DNA of 63,786 nucleotides, filler included, from Octopus bimaculoides (lineage: Eukaryota), in NCBI RefSeq assembly GCF_001194135.2. It is 10 parts of 10 records of this genome, joined end to end, with 100 filler letters (N's around TTAATTAATTAA, not from the genome) between each part and the next. Parts side by side here need not be neighbours in the genome. Positions count along the whole stretch, not along the records: positions 18,285 to 35,207 come from NC_068981.1; positions 35,308 to 40,110 come from NC_069003.1; 8 more parts are not named here. One strand, written 5' to 3'. Below the pieces are notes generated by a model. It was not told where the DNA came from and made no database searches. It saw only the letters and a program-made list of their open reading frames with translations. This document shows, piece by piece, positions 26,178-40,110 of the stretch. Each line of letters begins with the position of its first letter. Within the stretch, counting starts at the first letter, position 1. The position numbers were made by a program, and so were the translations under genes.

Positions 26178-27854
26178 TGTATGTATGTATGTATGTATGT
26201 ATGTATGTACGTATGTATGACAATCCATGCACGATGTACTTGGAATATTTTCTATTTGTTATTTCACCAAATAAGTAACCAATCTTAACTGTTCATTTTT
26301 ATTCTTGTTCAATCAATGAATCAATGTGAACGTACATTTTGACCACCTACCATGTTGATATCTACTGAGAATCATAATTATAACCAAAGAACACTTCCGT
26401 GTCTATAACACTTATATACCACCTCCCCTAACGCTTACCTTCTTGCATTTTTCTAACAATAACATAGATTACGGTAGTTTTCCCTAATGTGACATGAAAC
26501 TTTTGCGTCGGGGCATTCTCTGAAAAACATTACTATCAGCTATCGTATTGTTAAGCGTTATTCAATCGCTATCATCTATCAGATAATGCAGAAATATTCC
26601 CTACGGTCGCCTGCTATAACATATCACCTGCGTTTGGCTATTTTTTGCGAAAAACAAATGCCTCTTACGATAAATTGTTAAAGTTTTCAATACGATTTTT
26701 TAACTCCAATTAGAATTACAGTTTTCTACTTTTAGAAAACGGGAATTGTATTGCTAAAAGTATTTGAATGCTCTTAAGAAAATTCGTAGATATTTAATGA
26801 AATTTACAACCTAACATATTTATTAGGATTTTGTTTCCTGAAACCGCCAAATATCCTTCAAAACGTTAATGGCTAATGATTTCAGGAACGATATCTGCAC
26901 ACAGGAGAAGATATTCTGCTTTATATCCTTTCAATAGTTCGAGACGATGAGAGAGTCGTTGTTCGCTCTTTCCACTTGCTAGAAATATAGCCTCAAATTT
27001 CGCAGAAGACACATTGCTCAATGTAGTTACATATGATGGAATGGTCACTGCTGAAGCGATTTTGATTCTAGGGCAGCTCGTTCATGACTTGAGTTATTTC
27101 CACTATCTGAAATTCAATGAGAAATTGTAGGATGCTGCATTGAATGTTTTATGCTTTTTATAGTTATTCTTGTTGATACTTTTGCGATATTTATTGTGTT
27201 GTTATATTTTACGCTTGTTTAGCCTCAGTTCAGTTATGCCAGGGCAAACATATGAAAAAAAAAAGAGTTTCGTACGTGACTACCCTGTCAATAAATACAT
27301 AAAATCTTTAGATGTTACTTACAAGCGAGCATGGCATCGTAGCATTTACCATATTTTCCCTAATTATTTTAGATTCCTATATAACTACAAGCAGTCATAA
27401 CCAATGCGATATAAAGAATATGATAACTGGCAGCAGAGAGCTACGCATGTTGGCATTCAGCTCAGTTGATTGTCAATAGACATGCTAGAAACAAATATTG
27501 TATGGCAACATAAACTTCTTATTCTAAACCTGTACAAAATACCCAGTTGAACATTTGCTAAATTGACTGGTCACAAACCTTACCTTGTGTACTGTAAAAC
27601 AGCAAACATCCGAACTTATAAGCAAAAAATCTTGATTAGACACAAGAAAATCTTTAAAACCAACATACATCAGGAACTGCATATAACGTACTTGTTTGCT
27701 TCATTGGTTTTATTCCTGACAGAAACCAAAGCAGTAAAAAACTTCACTAACAAATGAAAATTACATCTCCTGTACACATTTTTTAATACACATTCTACAA
27801 AATATTTCCTTTCAATTTTTCTTTACTTTTCTCCTTCTATACAACTACACACCT

Positions 27855-27990
27855 GCACGTAACTTAGCGGTTCGGCAAAAAACCTATAGAATAAGTACTA
27901 AACTTTAAAAATTAGCACTAGCATCAATACATTCGACTAAAAATTATTCAACGCAATGCTCCAGCATGGCTGCAGTCTAATGACTGAAGC
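27855..27990 (+). mobile_element. S2 SINE tail
   Basis: GTAACTTAGCGGTTCGGCAAAA..CCAGCATGGCTGCAGTCTAATGACTGAA. Confidence 0.75.
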
Positions 27991-29084
27991 ATATTAAAGA
28001 TATATATATAAAAGATATATATATATATAATGTATATTATATAATATAATATATATTATATTATATTACACTATATTATATTACACTATTATATCATATA
28101 GATTTATACATATAAATGAGTGACTCTACACGTGTAATATGTATTAACCTCTGTGCGTATACGTATTTCACATATATTTCCAAGATACAAGGATAATACA
28201 GATTAAACTGAATAGTTAACAATCGATTTAAAGCATGTACACATGTTTGGAAAATAATTGTGTGTGTAACCAAACAGACTATTTGCTATATTTTATGTCT
28301 CCCAGCCAACGAAACTATGTCCTCTTTTGGACTCAGACTTATTGACAAAATTTATGTTGAATCATTGCATATAGAGGTGAAATTATTAAAGTATTTGTGA
28401 AAAGGATGAAAAAATTATGAAGAATATATTTTATCGTGATCTTTTCTTCCAGGAATTTTAATATTCAGTTCAACTGTTATTGATTCATTTAACCATATGC
28501 ATTACAAATTTATGGCTTTCAGGCATGGGGGAGAATTTGCGTGATATCTTCCGCGCACCGTTCGCCATTCGCCATTCACCAACAAATAAGCTGTTATTGA
28601 TGTGACAAAACAGTTTTTCCCCACTGAAAATTGAAAAGATTTTTAAAATTTTAACTTAGTTTAATACCTGCTCGACAAATGTTGAAAATACAGGAAGTAT
28701 TTCTTCCGCGTCTGAATGGATTTATGACTCAATGTAATCCGTAAACATAAGCTAAATGTTATACCGTCCTCAGCAGGATGTAGTTTCGCTGTGAGAGTGT
28801 CCGTTTCGTATCTTACTTTACTAATTATCTGTGTTCCCTAAAATTGTCTCCCCACAGGCATTGTTATTTCTATTGTTAATATTATGTTTCATATTTAGTT
28901 GCAGTGATGCAAAGCAGTTTGAGAGAGACAAGCTTGATTTTTTTTTGTTCTTTGTTGTTTTTCTTACATTAAATGTAATGTTGATGGTTCACTGTTTCTG
29001 ATTTCAAATCTCAATAGCTTCAACCGTAGGTGTTTTTTCGTAGCATTTTCCCGTGTTAATATTTGATCACAGTAGGGTGGTAAG

Positions 29085-29465
29085 CTGGGAGAATTGTTAC
29101 AGCACCGGAAAAAATGCTTAGCAGCATTTCTTCTGACTTTAGGTTTTTAGTTCAAATTCAACCTTGATCGACTCTGTTTTCACCGTTTCGGGCTCGATAC
29201 AATAAGTACCAGTTGAGTAATCGACTTGCACCCCACCCCCACGTACATTTGCCGAGGTTGAATTTGCCTTTTATCCTTTTGGGGACGATAAAATAAGAAA
29301 ATTGGTTTTGATGTAATCGATTTACCACTGCCTCGAAATTGCTCGTTTTGTACCAAGAATTCGAAAGACGGTGAGCTGGCGGATTCAGTAACAAGTAAGG
29401 CAAAATGTTTAGCGACATTTTGTCTGACATTGTGTTCTGATTTTAAATTATGCCGGGGTTGAGTT
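29085..29465 (+). mobile_element. Second stack of degenerate S1 SINEs
   Basis: Heads at about 29075 (AGGGTGGTAAGCTGG) and 29367 (AAGACGGTGAGCTGGCGG), with an internal truncated copy. Confidence 0.75.
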
Positions 29466-30237
29466 NNNNNNNNNNNNNNNNNNNNNNNNNNNNNNNNNNN
29501 NNNNNNNNNNNNNNNNNNNNNNNNNNNNNNNNNNNNNNNNNNNNNNNNNNNNNNNNNNNNNNNNNNNNNNNNNNNNNNNNNNNNNNNNNNNNNNATATAT
29601 ATATATATATATATATATATACGCGAGGGCGCTTGGTCTAGGGGTTAGGGTGTTGCATTACGATCTTGGTTTTAATTACAGGACTGGGTGTTGCGCTGAG
29701 TTCTTCAGTAAAACATTTCATCTCACGTTGCTCTGCGATCACTTCCCTTCTACGACTGTCATATGGTACACCGAACAACTGTTCAAGTAACGTTAATTTG
29801 ATGGAGGGAGTAAGCTGATATGCAGTGCATACATTTGATCACAATGAACAAATCATTTGTGTTGGTTGCTCACCAAAAACTGAACACCCATACACAGTCA
29901 AACTTGCTCAACATTACAAATTTTGACGACATATAGCAGTAGATTATCAGAGTAGTAGACACGCAAATTTCATAGACACTTTATAACTTAATTGAGTTAA
30001 AAATACAGAACTGGAAAAATTATCAAAGTCAAATGAATATATACAGCTTGATTATTTTAAAGTTTAATTCTACATACTTGCCTGTCAGACGAGAGAGTGT
30101 TGGGGCAGATGCACTTCCTGTTACCAATCCCACCACTAGCAAATCTACCTTAACAGTTAATGAAACCCGAGTATTCGATACAAATACGTCTCACACACAT
30201 ATATACACACACGCAGCACGCATACATACACGCATAC

Positions 30238-30240
<3 letters not shown>

Positions 30241-30293
<53 letters not shown>

Positions 30294-30437
30294 GTAGGTA
30301 GGTAGGTAGGTAGGTAGGTAGGTAGGTAAGTAGGGAGGTAGGTGGATTTATGACTCAATGTAGGCAGGTAGGAAAGTGGGTGGGCGGGTGTTTAGATACG
30401 GAGAGAGAGAGAAAGAGAGAAAGAGAGAGAGAGAAAG

Positions 30438-30476
<39 letters not shown>

Positions 30477-30520
30477 GAAGGAGAGAGAGAAAGAGAGAAA
30501 GAGAGAGAGACGGATGAACG
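30241..30520. repeat. (GATA)n(GGTA)n and GA-rich simple repeats
   Basis: Direct reading. Confidence 0.9.
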
Positions 30521-30669
30521 ACGGGTATATTTTCGCTCACAAGGCTATAATAGAAGACGATTGTTCAAGGTGTCACGCATCGGTACTGGACCCAAAACCA
30601 CATGCTCAGGAAGGAAAGGTCTTTACTACAAAGCCATTCCTGTCTCAACTACAAGGATATTCCTGAGAG

Positions 30670-30890
30670 AAACATTGTACAACAAACTGCTTCGCGCCTG
30701 GCCAACCCAAGAAATACTTTTTACATGGAGACTTATCGAAGTATGTTCGCCACCACCCCTTGCCGGAGCCTTGTGGAGCATAGATGTTTTCGCTCAATAA
30801 ACACTCACAACGTCTGGTCTAGGGGTCGAAACCGTGAACCTACGACCGCGGAGTCCGCTACACTAACCACTGGACCATTGCGCTTCCACT
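30670..30890 (-). mobile_element. S3-head SINE carrying a third tail type
   Basis: rc GTGGAAGCGCAATGGTCCAGTGGTTAG..GGTTTCGACCCCTAGACCAG..GCTCCACAAGGCTCCGGCAAGGGGTGGTGGCGAAC, then non-V sequence. Confidence 0.8.
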
Positions 30891-30914
30891 TCTTGTAAAT
30901 GTATATGGAGAGAG

Positions 30915-31040
30915 AGATCTTTTATCTTTTATTGTTTACTTGTTTCAGTCATTAGACTGCGGCCACGCTGGAACACCACCTTAAGAATTTTTTAGTCGAA
31001 CGAATCGTCCCCGGTGCTTACATTCTTTAAGCCTGGTACA
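30915..31040 (-). mobile_element. S2 SINE tail
   Basis: TTGTTTCAGTCATTAGACTGCGGCCACGCTGG. Confidence 0.8.
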
Positions 31041-32321
31041 CCATTTTATACACGTGTCTGTTTCAGTTATAATAGACATCATAGGGAGAGAGAAAGAAAC
31101 AAGGAATTTTTTTTAAAAAGCGCAATATAACGGTTCCGTTGTGCAGAAATCTACAAATCATTACAACTTTTAGTTTACGTATGAAAAGAAGGATTCGATG
31201 AAAGTTCATGCACAGAATATTATTTACATCAGCGAAAGATTGTTGCATTATGTTCACAGTATATGAACATAGTATCAATCAAAACAATAGCACATCTTGC
31301 GTGACATGCCTCTATCCATTTACGGAAAGTATTGTTATTTTTTCTTTAACATCTTTCTTTCCTAACTTATTCTAAAAACATATTCTTTGTATGAGAATTT
31401 CTTGCTTTTAGAATTTGAAATATTTCACCTAGGCATTTTCTAGAATTTTCTACCATATATTTTTAAATGTATTCTTTATATTTTCTCTTTCTTGATAAAA
31501 ATTAGTTATCCTCTCAAAATATATTATCTTGAATGAAATAATTACTGTAATGAAGTAAAAATAGAAATAGTATTATTGCTTCATGCAAACACACATAGAC
31601 ACACATACACGCACATGTACGAACGCACACACATTCGCAAATATTTACACATACACAGACACGCATATACCCATATACATATTTGTATACACACACACAT
31701 GCACACATACGTCCACACACACGTACACATATACTCAGATATAGTCGTGAAGCACTGGCAACAGTTATTATAAGGGAGGTAAACACTTTTAGATAAATCT
31801 TAAATAAAGGTGGGCAAGATTTTTACATTTTATAGTAAGGGAAAAGATGTACAGAATATACATGCTTAATCATATTTTTGTAATCATTAGGAAGATCCTA
31901 AATATTTCTTAGTCACCGGTAGCCAAGTATAGCGCCATTTTGTCCTAGCTTCGAATCATCGGTATGACATAACCTTAGACAAATATATTACATTAACTTA
32001 AGCATTTCACGAAGCGATATTGTTTAGAAGCCATTAAAGGAATGCATTTGTGTCTGTATTATATATGCTCTGCATTTTAAATTGATGTAATGATTACATT
32101 GTTCAATTAAATGGAGTTGCATGAAACAATCGTACTGATTTACCGCCGGATATCCTTGTTGCTAATTTGATTTTAATCACCTTACTTTGAAATTGTATGG
32201 ATAATACCGTACTAAATTCTGGTGCCTAAACTTAAGTACCATATTCACCTGAATCTAAATTTTTGCTATATATATATATATATATACGTGTGTGTGTGTA
32301 TATACATATACATATATAATA

Positions 32322-33216
32322 TATAATCAATAAATGTCAGGTTCTTGCCATAGTAACGAAGCTAAAGTATGCAGAGTGAAACCGCTCGGCATAGACTGAC
32401 CTTGAGCTTTCCTATGCATGCGCACTAAGTTTTAGCATTCTAGCTCACTTCCGCTGTTTACAGCAGTGTTTGGAAGGAAGGTGCGTAGTGTGTGATCGTA
32501 GCATTGACCATGACAGAAAGTTGAGCAGAGAATCTGCATCAAATTTTGGGAAAAGCTTGGAGGTACCTGCTCAGAGGACCACACAAAGTTTTCAAAAGGT
32601 TTTCATCGTTCTTGACACAATCAAGCAGATCTTGTGCAACTGGAACCCGAGTGTGTTTTTGATCAGCTGAAAGCAGTTTCGGCACAAACTTTACAGACAC
32701 GAACGCGTCGTATACCCAAATCGTCAGTGATAATGGACTGAACTGAACCGTAACTAATCTCAACATACTCTGATAAATCACGGATGGTGATTCAACGAGT
32801 TCCCCTCACAGCTGCATGCACATCTGCAATGTTTTTCTCAGTTCAGCTGGTTGCGGGTCTCTCAGAACATTCGTCACTATCGACATTTTTTCAGCAATCT
32901 TGGAAACGTCTGCACCACTCGTACGCTTGTGTAAAGCTCATACACTCTTCTCCAAATGCTTTCTGAAATTTGCGTAGGTTTTTGAGCAGGTATCGCCTTG
33001 ATAACTTTCTCTGTCATGGTCAACGTGACGATCACACGCTACACGCCTTCCTTCCAAGCAATACTGTGAACAGCGGAAGTGAGCTAGAACGTTAAAACTG
33101 AGAGCGCATGCACAGCAGAATCCACAGTCAATCTGTGCCAAGCGACTTTATTCTGCGTGCTTTAGCTTCGTTACTATGGACAACAGTCTGGATAATTATT
33201 GATCACACCTCATATA
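32322..33216. mobile_element. Foldback mariner derivative with two 5' ends
   Basis: 32322-32600 and 32960-33216 are inverted copies (CCATAGTAACGAAGCTAAAG..CTAGCTCACTTCCGCTGTT..CCATGACAGA). The minus arm continues into transposase VKFVPKLLSADQKHTRV..VKNDENLLKT. Confidence 0.85.
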
Positions 33217-34425
33217 TTACTCTTTTTTACTTTTTTACTTGTTTCAGTCTTTTGAGAGACTGAACCCGGATCCATGTCATTGAGAAGCAAGCTTCTTGCC
33301 ACACAGTTATGCCTGCGATTATATGTGAAAGTTAGAGAAATAGGTCTCTAGTTAGACCCTTTGTTCGTAAACGTAATCGTGCCACAGTACGCTCTCGTCT
33401 TTGGTCAGGAGCAAAAACAGATGCTGTGATGGTTTTCGTGCACAACCAGTTCCCCACCAAGCCTCTCTCGGAGGTATGCATCATTAATTCAGGAGAACAT
33501 AAGACAAAATGCTCAGTTGTTAACAAAAAGCACTTCAACATTAAAGGTAAAATGGGAAAGAAAGATGGTAACAACAACTGTGGTGATGACAATGCCAGAG
33601 CCCTGAAGTTCAAGGCTGCTTTTGATTTTACCGCAACTACACATTTCATAGCATAATAAGTGCTAACTTCGAAGAGAGCCAGAGCATTATGAGTGCTAAC
33701 TCTGAAGGCAGGTCAACAGAACTTCATTATCCACATAGTTGCAGACACCAGAGACTGTGGATGTAGGGCACCGACAAGCCGAGAGGGTTTTGTACGTTAG
33801 CTACTCTACTTCGTCCACTGGGACTACTGGCTCACGTAGAGAATATATGCACGTTTCTCTTGTATAAAAATACAAACGTAGTACAATATATTTATATTTG
33901 TTGAAGTGTTCCCAGCGTAGGCGTACCGTAGCATAATAATATAGGCAATTTATATCTTGCATATCCTTCCACAGTTAAGATCACTTAAAACATTTCCTAA
34001 TATATATTTTAGCTCCAGCACATCTTCAATAATTTTAATGACATAGTTTTTAAAAAATAACCACGGAATTTCTTCCAGTACTGCTTGTCAAAGATTTTCT
34101 GTATATTTATATATATATACGTATATATATATATATATATATATATATNNNNNNNNNNNNNNNNNNNNNNNNNNNNNNNNNNNNNNNNNNNNNNNNNNNN
34201 NNNNNNNNNNNNNNNNNNNNNNNNNNNNNNNNNNNNNNNNNNNNNNNNNNNNNNNNNNNNNNNNNNNNNNNNNNNNNNNNNNNNNNNNNNNNNNNNNNNN
34301 NNNNNNNNNNNNNNNNNNNNNNNNNNNNNNNNNNNNNNNNNNNNNNNNNNNNNNNNNNNNNNNNNNNNNNNNNNNNNNNNNNNNNNNNNNNNNNNNNNNN
34401 NNNNNNNNNNNNNNNNNNNNNNNNN

Positions 34426-34483
<58 letters not shown>

Positions 34484-35569
34484 GCGTGACAGTTTAAAGA
34501 AGATAGTTTATCTTTAAAGAATACATTAAAGATTTTGTTTAGACGCCCAACGAACATTGCTTTTGTAAATTTAAAGTACAGCAAAATACAATTCAAAATG
34601 GCATGTAAGTAAAATAAATTGTATTTTCCCTGTGGGCATTAGAAAATACTACTTAACATATTAGCAAGTTACACGGATCGATTATTTTATTTCAGTTTCT
34701 GACTCATCTTTAAAATTTCAGAAACGATATCACATAGGTTCTTTTGTAAATGTGTAAATTTCAAACTGTATATTATATTATACAACACGTGATATTTTAT
34801 TCGAAATATGGGTATCAGTAATTACTATTAGAACCACTAGATAGAATAAACACGTGAAAATCGTTGATGGATGAAAAAAGCCTGTTAAATGCAGAGATTA
34901 TATCCACTTTCAATCACCAACTGTGTCTCTACTAAATATCTCTTTATGTATTCGTTCTCTTTTTCTCTCCTGTATCTTCTCTTTTTTTTTTTTTTTGCTA
35001 TCTCTTTATCTTTCTGTATCTACCTATCTGCTGCTATTTTTACACGAATATGTGTATGCATATACACACATATACACACGTGTGTGTGTATGTGTGTGAG
35101 TATGTGTGTGCGCGCAAGCACTTATATATTATGCATGTGCGAATATAAATATAGGTAGATGTACATATATGAATATACCTACATATATATATATATATAT
35201 ATATATANNNNNNNNNNNNNNNNNNNNNNNNNNNNNNNNNNNNNNNNNNNNTTAATTAATTAANNNNNNNNNNNNNNNNNNNNNNNNNNNNNNNNNNNNN
35301 NNNNNNNATATATGAAATGAACATGGAACGCCCCAAAATCGTATAAATAAAAGCACGTTAAAAACTATCTTGTACGGAATATTGAAATTTATGAACTTCG
35401 TAAATATGTGTTTCAGTAATTGATCGTAGTAGAGAGTGAGAGACGTCGCCGTTTTTTTCACGTCCGTACCGGAAGTTGACATTGAGAAACCTTTTTAAAG
35501 AAGTGAATCTGAAATATAAAGCAATATTATTTATTTTTAATTAGAGATAAAAAAAAATCAAATGAAGAG

Positions 35570-35687
35570 CCTAAGATTTATCCGAGGTCAAATTATTTAT
35601 GTATCACAAGTATGGAAGTAAATAGTGAAGCCGTTTTCACGTGAAAAGTGATTACACACACACCTCTGTTTTATATATAGTATAGAT
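35570..35687 (-). mobile_element. Helitron/DINE-like non-autonomous end
   Basis: Terminus rc ATCTATACTATATATAAAAC. Confidence 0.45.
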
Positions 35688-35768
35688 ATATACTTAGCTG
35701 GAGTTTTCTATTGCTTTTCCTTATCAAGATATTGCGTAACGAAATCGGTTTATTCTTTTTGAATAACA

Positions 35769-35837
<69 letters not shown>

Positions 35838-36254
35838 TAGATAGATAGATTTGTAGATATAGATATAAATGATTAACAAAGATGTACAGGTGTCAATTCA
35901 TTACGTCCGTTTCAAGCGACTCTTCAATTTAAGTGCCTAATTCAACTGAACCTTTATTACACACATGCATACACGCACACACTCACATACACACACACAC
36001 ACATATATACATGTACTTGCTCCGTGATGGTAAGACCAATAAAAAAAATTAATTCATCTGCTAAGTGATAACAATCATTTAGTAGACACAATATATGCTT
36101 TTATGTGCTACTAATAGCTTTACATGTTGAGAAATACCTCAAACATATTCATCAGGCACTAACCACATGTAACGAACTAAAAATTGAATGAGAAAAGAAA
36201 CGCGAAAAGATAAGAAGGAAGCATATTGAAAACGTGGAAGTTAAAAAACAGAAA

Positions 36255-36284
<30 letters not shown>

Positions 36285-36285
<1 letters not shown>

Positions 36286-36385
36286 CGACGGGATTCTTCC
36301 AGTTTCTGTCTACCAAATCCATTCACAGGGCTTTGGTCGGCCCGGAGCCATGTGATTGAGAAACAAGCTTCTTACCTCACAGGCA
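36285..36385 (-). mobile_element. S2 SINE fragment
   Basis: ACGACGGGATTCTTCCAGTTTCTGTCTACCAAATCC..GCTTTGGTCGGCCCG. Confidence 0.75.
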
Positions 36386-36974
36386 TAAAATTTCAAAACT
36401 TTCTATTAGTTTTATGACTCAAGCAGAAAAGGTCTCTTACGTGCATCTGATATGAAAAAAGAGATTGATAAAATAATATTTCGGTTAAAATACATTTCTA
36501 CCTTCTATATAGCCAAGATACAAGAATTATAAAACCACATACACAACCAAGCGAAATAACTAGCATTAATATTAATAACCTCATTAGCTGCAAACATTCT
36601 GCTGCGATACACGTCATCAATTATAAATGCAGGAAACCAGCAACTATCACACTCTAACAGAGTCCAGATTGCGACCACTACTAGGAGGAACAAACGAAGA
36701 CTATGAGGTTGGGTAGGTCAGTTAATGAACAGCAGACAATCTCGGCCTCATATGACACACTAACCATCTTAAGTATGGCAGAGATACATTGGATAACGTA
36801 GTCCTCGGTGTATTTGGAAAGAAAGACCAGTTCGTTATGGCTGTGGAATGCTTATGATTTCAGATCTCCTCCGCTAGGGCTGACCTAGGGCCATCAACGT
36901 CATTATTATTAACAACAGCAAAAGTATAGAACCAGTGAAGCTCAAACCACTCCTTAACATCTGGAGCGACACAT

Positions 36975-37300
36975 TCAACACAGTAGTCGTCTACTACCAT
37001 CACAACTACCCTCACTCTAACCATCACAATCATTCTCAGCACCATCGCCATCACCACCATCAGTACTGTCGCCACCACTTCCAACATCACTACCACCATT
37101 ACCACCCCCACCGTCACCATCATCACAAGAAACACTACCATCAACACCACCAGCCCATCGCCATCACTGCAAACACCATAATCAACACCACCACTACTGT
37201 CACCATCACCAGGACCAATATCACTATCACCATCATCACCACCATCACCACCATCACCACCCCAATCACCACCCCCATCAATACTATCTTCACCACCATA
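36975..37300. repeat. Degenerate (CAC/CAT)n repeat
   Basis: Produces His/Thr-rich spurious ORFs. Confidence 0.85.
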
Positions 37301-38109
37301 AAATAGGATTGCCACGGACGGAAGATCTTCATCAAAGGTTTATCTAGTGATGACGATAACAAGAAACGTATAGGAATACACATTCGACACTGGAGAAAGT
37401 ACAAGAATGTACGAATTGAAACACTGCACTCAACCATTGCATCCACAAAAATAGATTGGGCGGTGGAGAGAGTCCAGATTGCAACACTCTACTGCATACT
37501 GCAATCAACCACTGCATGTCATAAATTCCACTATAGCGTTCATGTCAGATGTGGGGGAATGCGCTGTTACAGCGTTTCACTGCATCCACCACACGTCGGC
37601 GATTCCCTACTCCTGACGGATGACGCCTTTCTCGTCTTTCGGGCAATATTCCTCCAGCCTATTGGTTTGTTTGAATAGACGTTGCTGACGAAGGTTTTAT
37701 GAGGTCAGAGTACGAATCCCACTCCAACTTCTTTTAGTCGCCATGCGACCGTGATTTCAATTCCCAGACCGAGCAGTACGTTGTACTGTTGGACAAAACA
37801 CTTCATTTAACGTTGCTCTAGTGTACTCAGCTTCGAATGAGTAACCCTGCGCGGGCCTGGTGACACGTTCATGGGGAATGTTTCGATTTTGTTCACTTCT
37901 GTGCCATGAAAACCAGGAGATTGGACCTATTAGTCCGAGGACTTGAGACAGTAATGCCCTTCATCTTGTCATAGCAACTAGTTTGTGCGTCGCACGTGTT
38001 TCTTTGATTCGTGACTTGTACAACCAGACCACAGTTGACCCACGGTTAAACAACATCCATTCATACTACACACTATAATACACGCGCACGCGCGCATGCA
38101 CACCCTAAA

Positions 38110-38410
38110 ATCCTACTACCTCAACCACTATCACCACCTCCACCATCACCATCACTGCCATCACCGTAACCACGACCATCACCTCCAGCAACCATTATCA
38201 CCTCAACCATCACCACCATCACCACCACCATCACCACCACCATCACCACTATTACCACCTCCACTGTCACTATCCCCATCATCATTAATTACCACAATCC
38301 CCNNNNNNNNNNCCATCACCATCACTGCCATCACCGTAACCACGACCATCACCTCCAGCAACCATTATCACCTCAACCATCACCACCATCACCATCACCA
38401 CTATCTCCCC
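38110..38410. repeat. Degenerate (CAC/CAT)n repeat
   Basis: Direct reading; duplicated across a 10-N gap. Confidence 0.85.
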
Positions 38411-38732
38411 TACCACTGCCCACAAGAGACGCTTTATTAAATACTGTAATGAAATTTATTAATCAGAAGCAGAGAGGGAGAGAGGCAAAGACAGAGAGAG
38501 TGAGAGAGCATAGCATAGAGTGGTAAGTATGAAAGATAGAAGAGAAAGTGTGAGAGAGAGGAGAGAGAGAGGGGGAAACAAAAAGAGAGACAAAGAGGCG
38601 CGTAAGAGAGAGGGAGAGAAAGAGACACAGGGAGATTTTGTGAGTGTTTGATTGACGTTACAAAACAAGAAAACAACGCAAAATAATATAAAATGAAGAA
38701 AAGAAAAAGGGGAGAAAAACGAGAGGCGCATG

Positions 38733-38768
38733 ATGACGTCATTGGAAGAAAGCATTAGTTGTGATTGG
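38733..38768. promoter_or_regulatory. CRE palindrome ATGACGTCAT plus two reverse CCAAT boxes
   Basis: ATGACGTCAT at 38733-38742; ATTGG at 38741 and 38764. Confidence 0.3.
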
Positions 38769-39084
38769 TTGAATATGTTAAAAGAGAAAATATAGACAGG
38801 CGAGAGTTTTACTGCAATGTCTGTGTGTCTTGATCTTCTGCTTTTTATGTAGAAATAGTGTATCAAGGACTACATTATTAAAGGTGTCCGTCTTTGTTGT
38901 TGTTGCTGCTGCTGCTGCTGCTGTTGTAGTTGTTGTTGTTACTGCTACATCTTTTGTTGCTATTTAACCCCAGGTCAACTCCAACCAAGCAAAAATTCTA
39001 TATATGATTAGAGTTGTTCCAGCTGGGTTTCATGTGGACATAGTGTATCTAGGGCTACATTTTCTAATGTGTCCTGTTTTAAAG

Positions 39085-39641
39085 CACAGAAATACATACT
39101 TACACACACGCATACACATACATACGCACGGACACACACACACACACACACAAACAAACATGCACACTCATGCACAGGCAGTAACACACACATGCACACA
39201 CGCACCCACACACACGCACACACTCGCGCGCAACTCACATGCATAACATATATACACAAACACGCACAGTAACACATGCAAACGCCTACAATTACACCAG
39301 CACACACACACTCACACATGCACGCATAAACACACACATACACAGCTACATACGTACACGTATTCACACACATACATACACGTGCAATCACGCATACATG
39401 CGCATGCGCTCGTACACACACCTTCGCACGCAAATGCATATATACGCAAACACGCTCAGACTCACACACATGCACCTACATACACACGCCAAACATGCAT
39501 TCACACATATACAGACTCTTACACACATCCACACGCAAGTACATGCATACACATACACACACATGTATTCTCATACACAAACCAACACACAAATACACAC
39601 GCATGAACAGTCAACACACAAACACCAACTGACACACCTAT

Positions 39642-39678
<37 letters not shown>

Positions 39679-39690
39679 GAACACACATCC
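39085..39690. repeat. Degenerate (CA)-rich tract
   Basis: Direct reading. Confidence 0.9.
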
Positions 39691-39917
39691 CTGAGATTTA
39701 AAAAGACAAGGAACCAATTTCGCGAAGCAAAATAATTATTTTCTTTGCATTCTACATATTAGCAACCACATCACACACACACACGTACACACATACGTTA
39801 CATACCATTTATACACGCATATATATATACATATATACGCATCATTAGTACACATACATACAGACACATATATATACATATTATATATGCAGATATATAT
39901 ACATATATATACGCCAC

Positions 39918-39953
<36 letters not shown>

Positions 39954-39963
39954 NNNNNNNNNN

Positions 39964-40005
<42 letters not shown>

Positions 40006-40073
40006 TTCATGCACAGGTACAAACCATATAGTCACGTATATGCATACATACATACATACATATATACATACAT

Positions 40074-40110
<37 letters not shown>

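Noticed and set aside
36505-36693. MFLLVVVAIWTLLECDSC signal-like ORF
   Set aside because: Overlaps sequence (GAGTCCAGATTGC) repeated at 37470, so it is likely a decayed repeat
36935-38440. His-rich ORFs that suggest cephalopod beak or metal-binding proteins
   Set aside because: Simple (CAC/CAT)n decay; no signal peptide, splice structure or Gly/Ala-His periodicity
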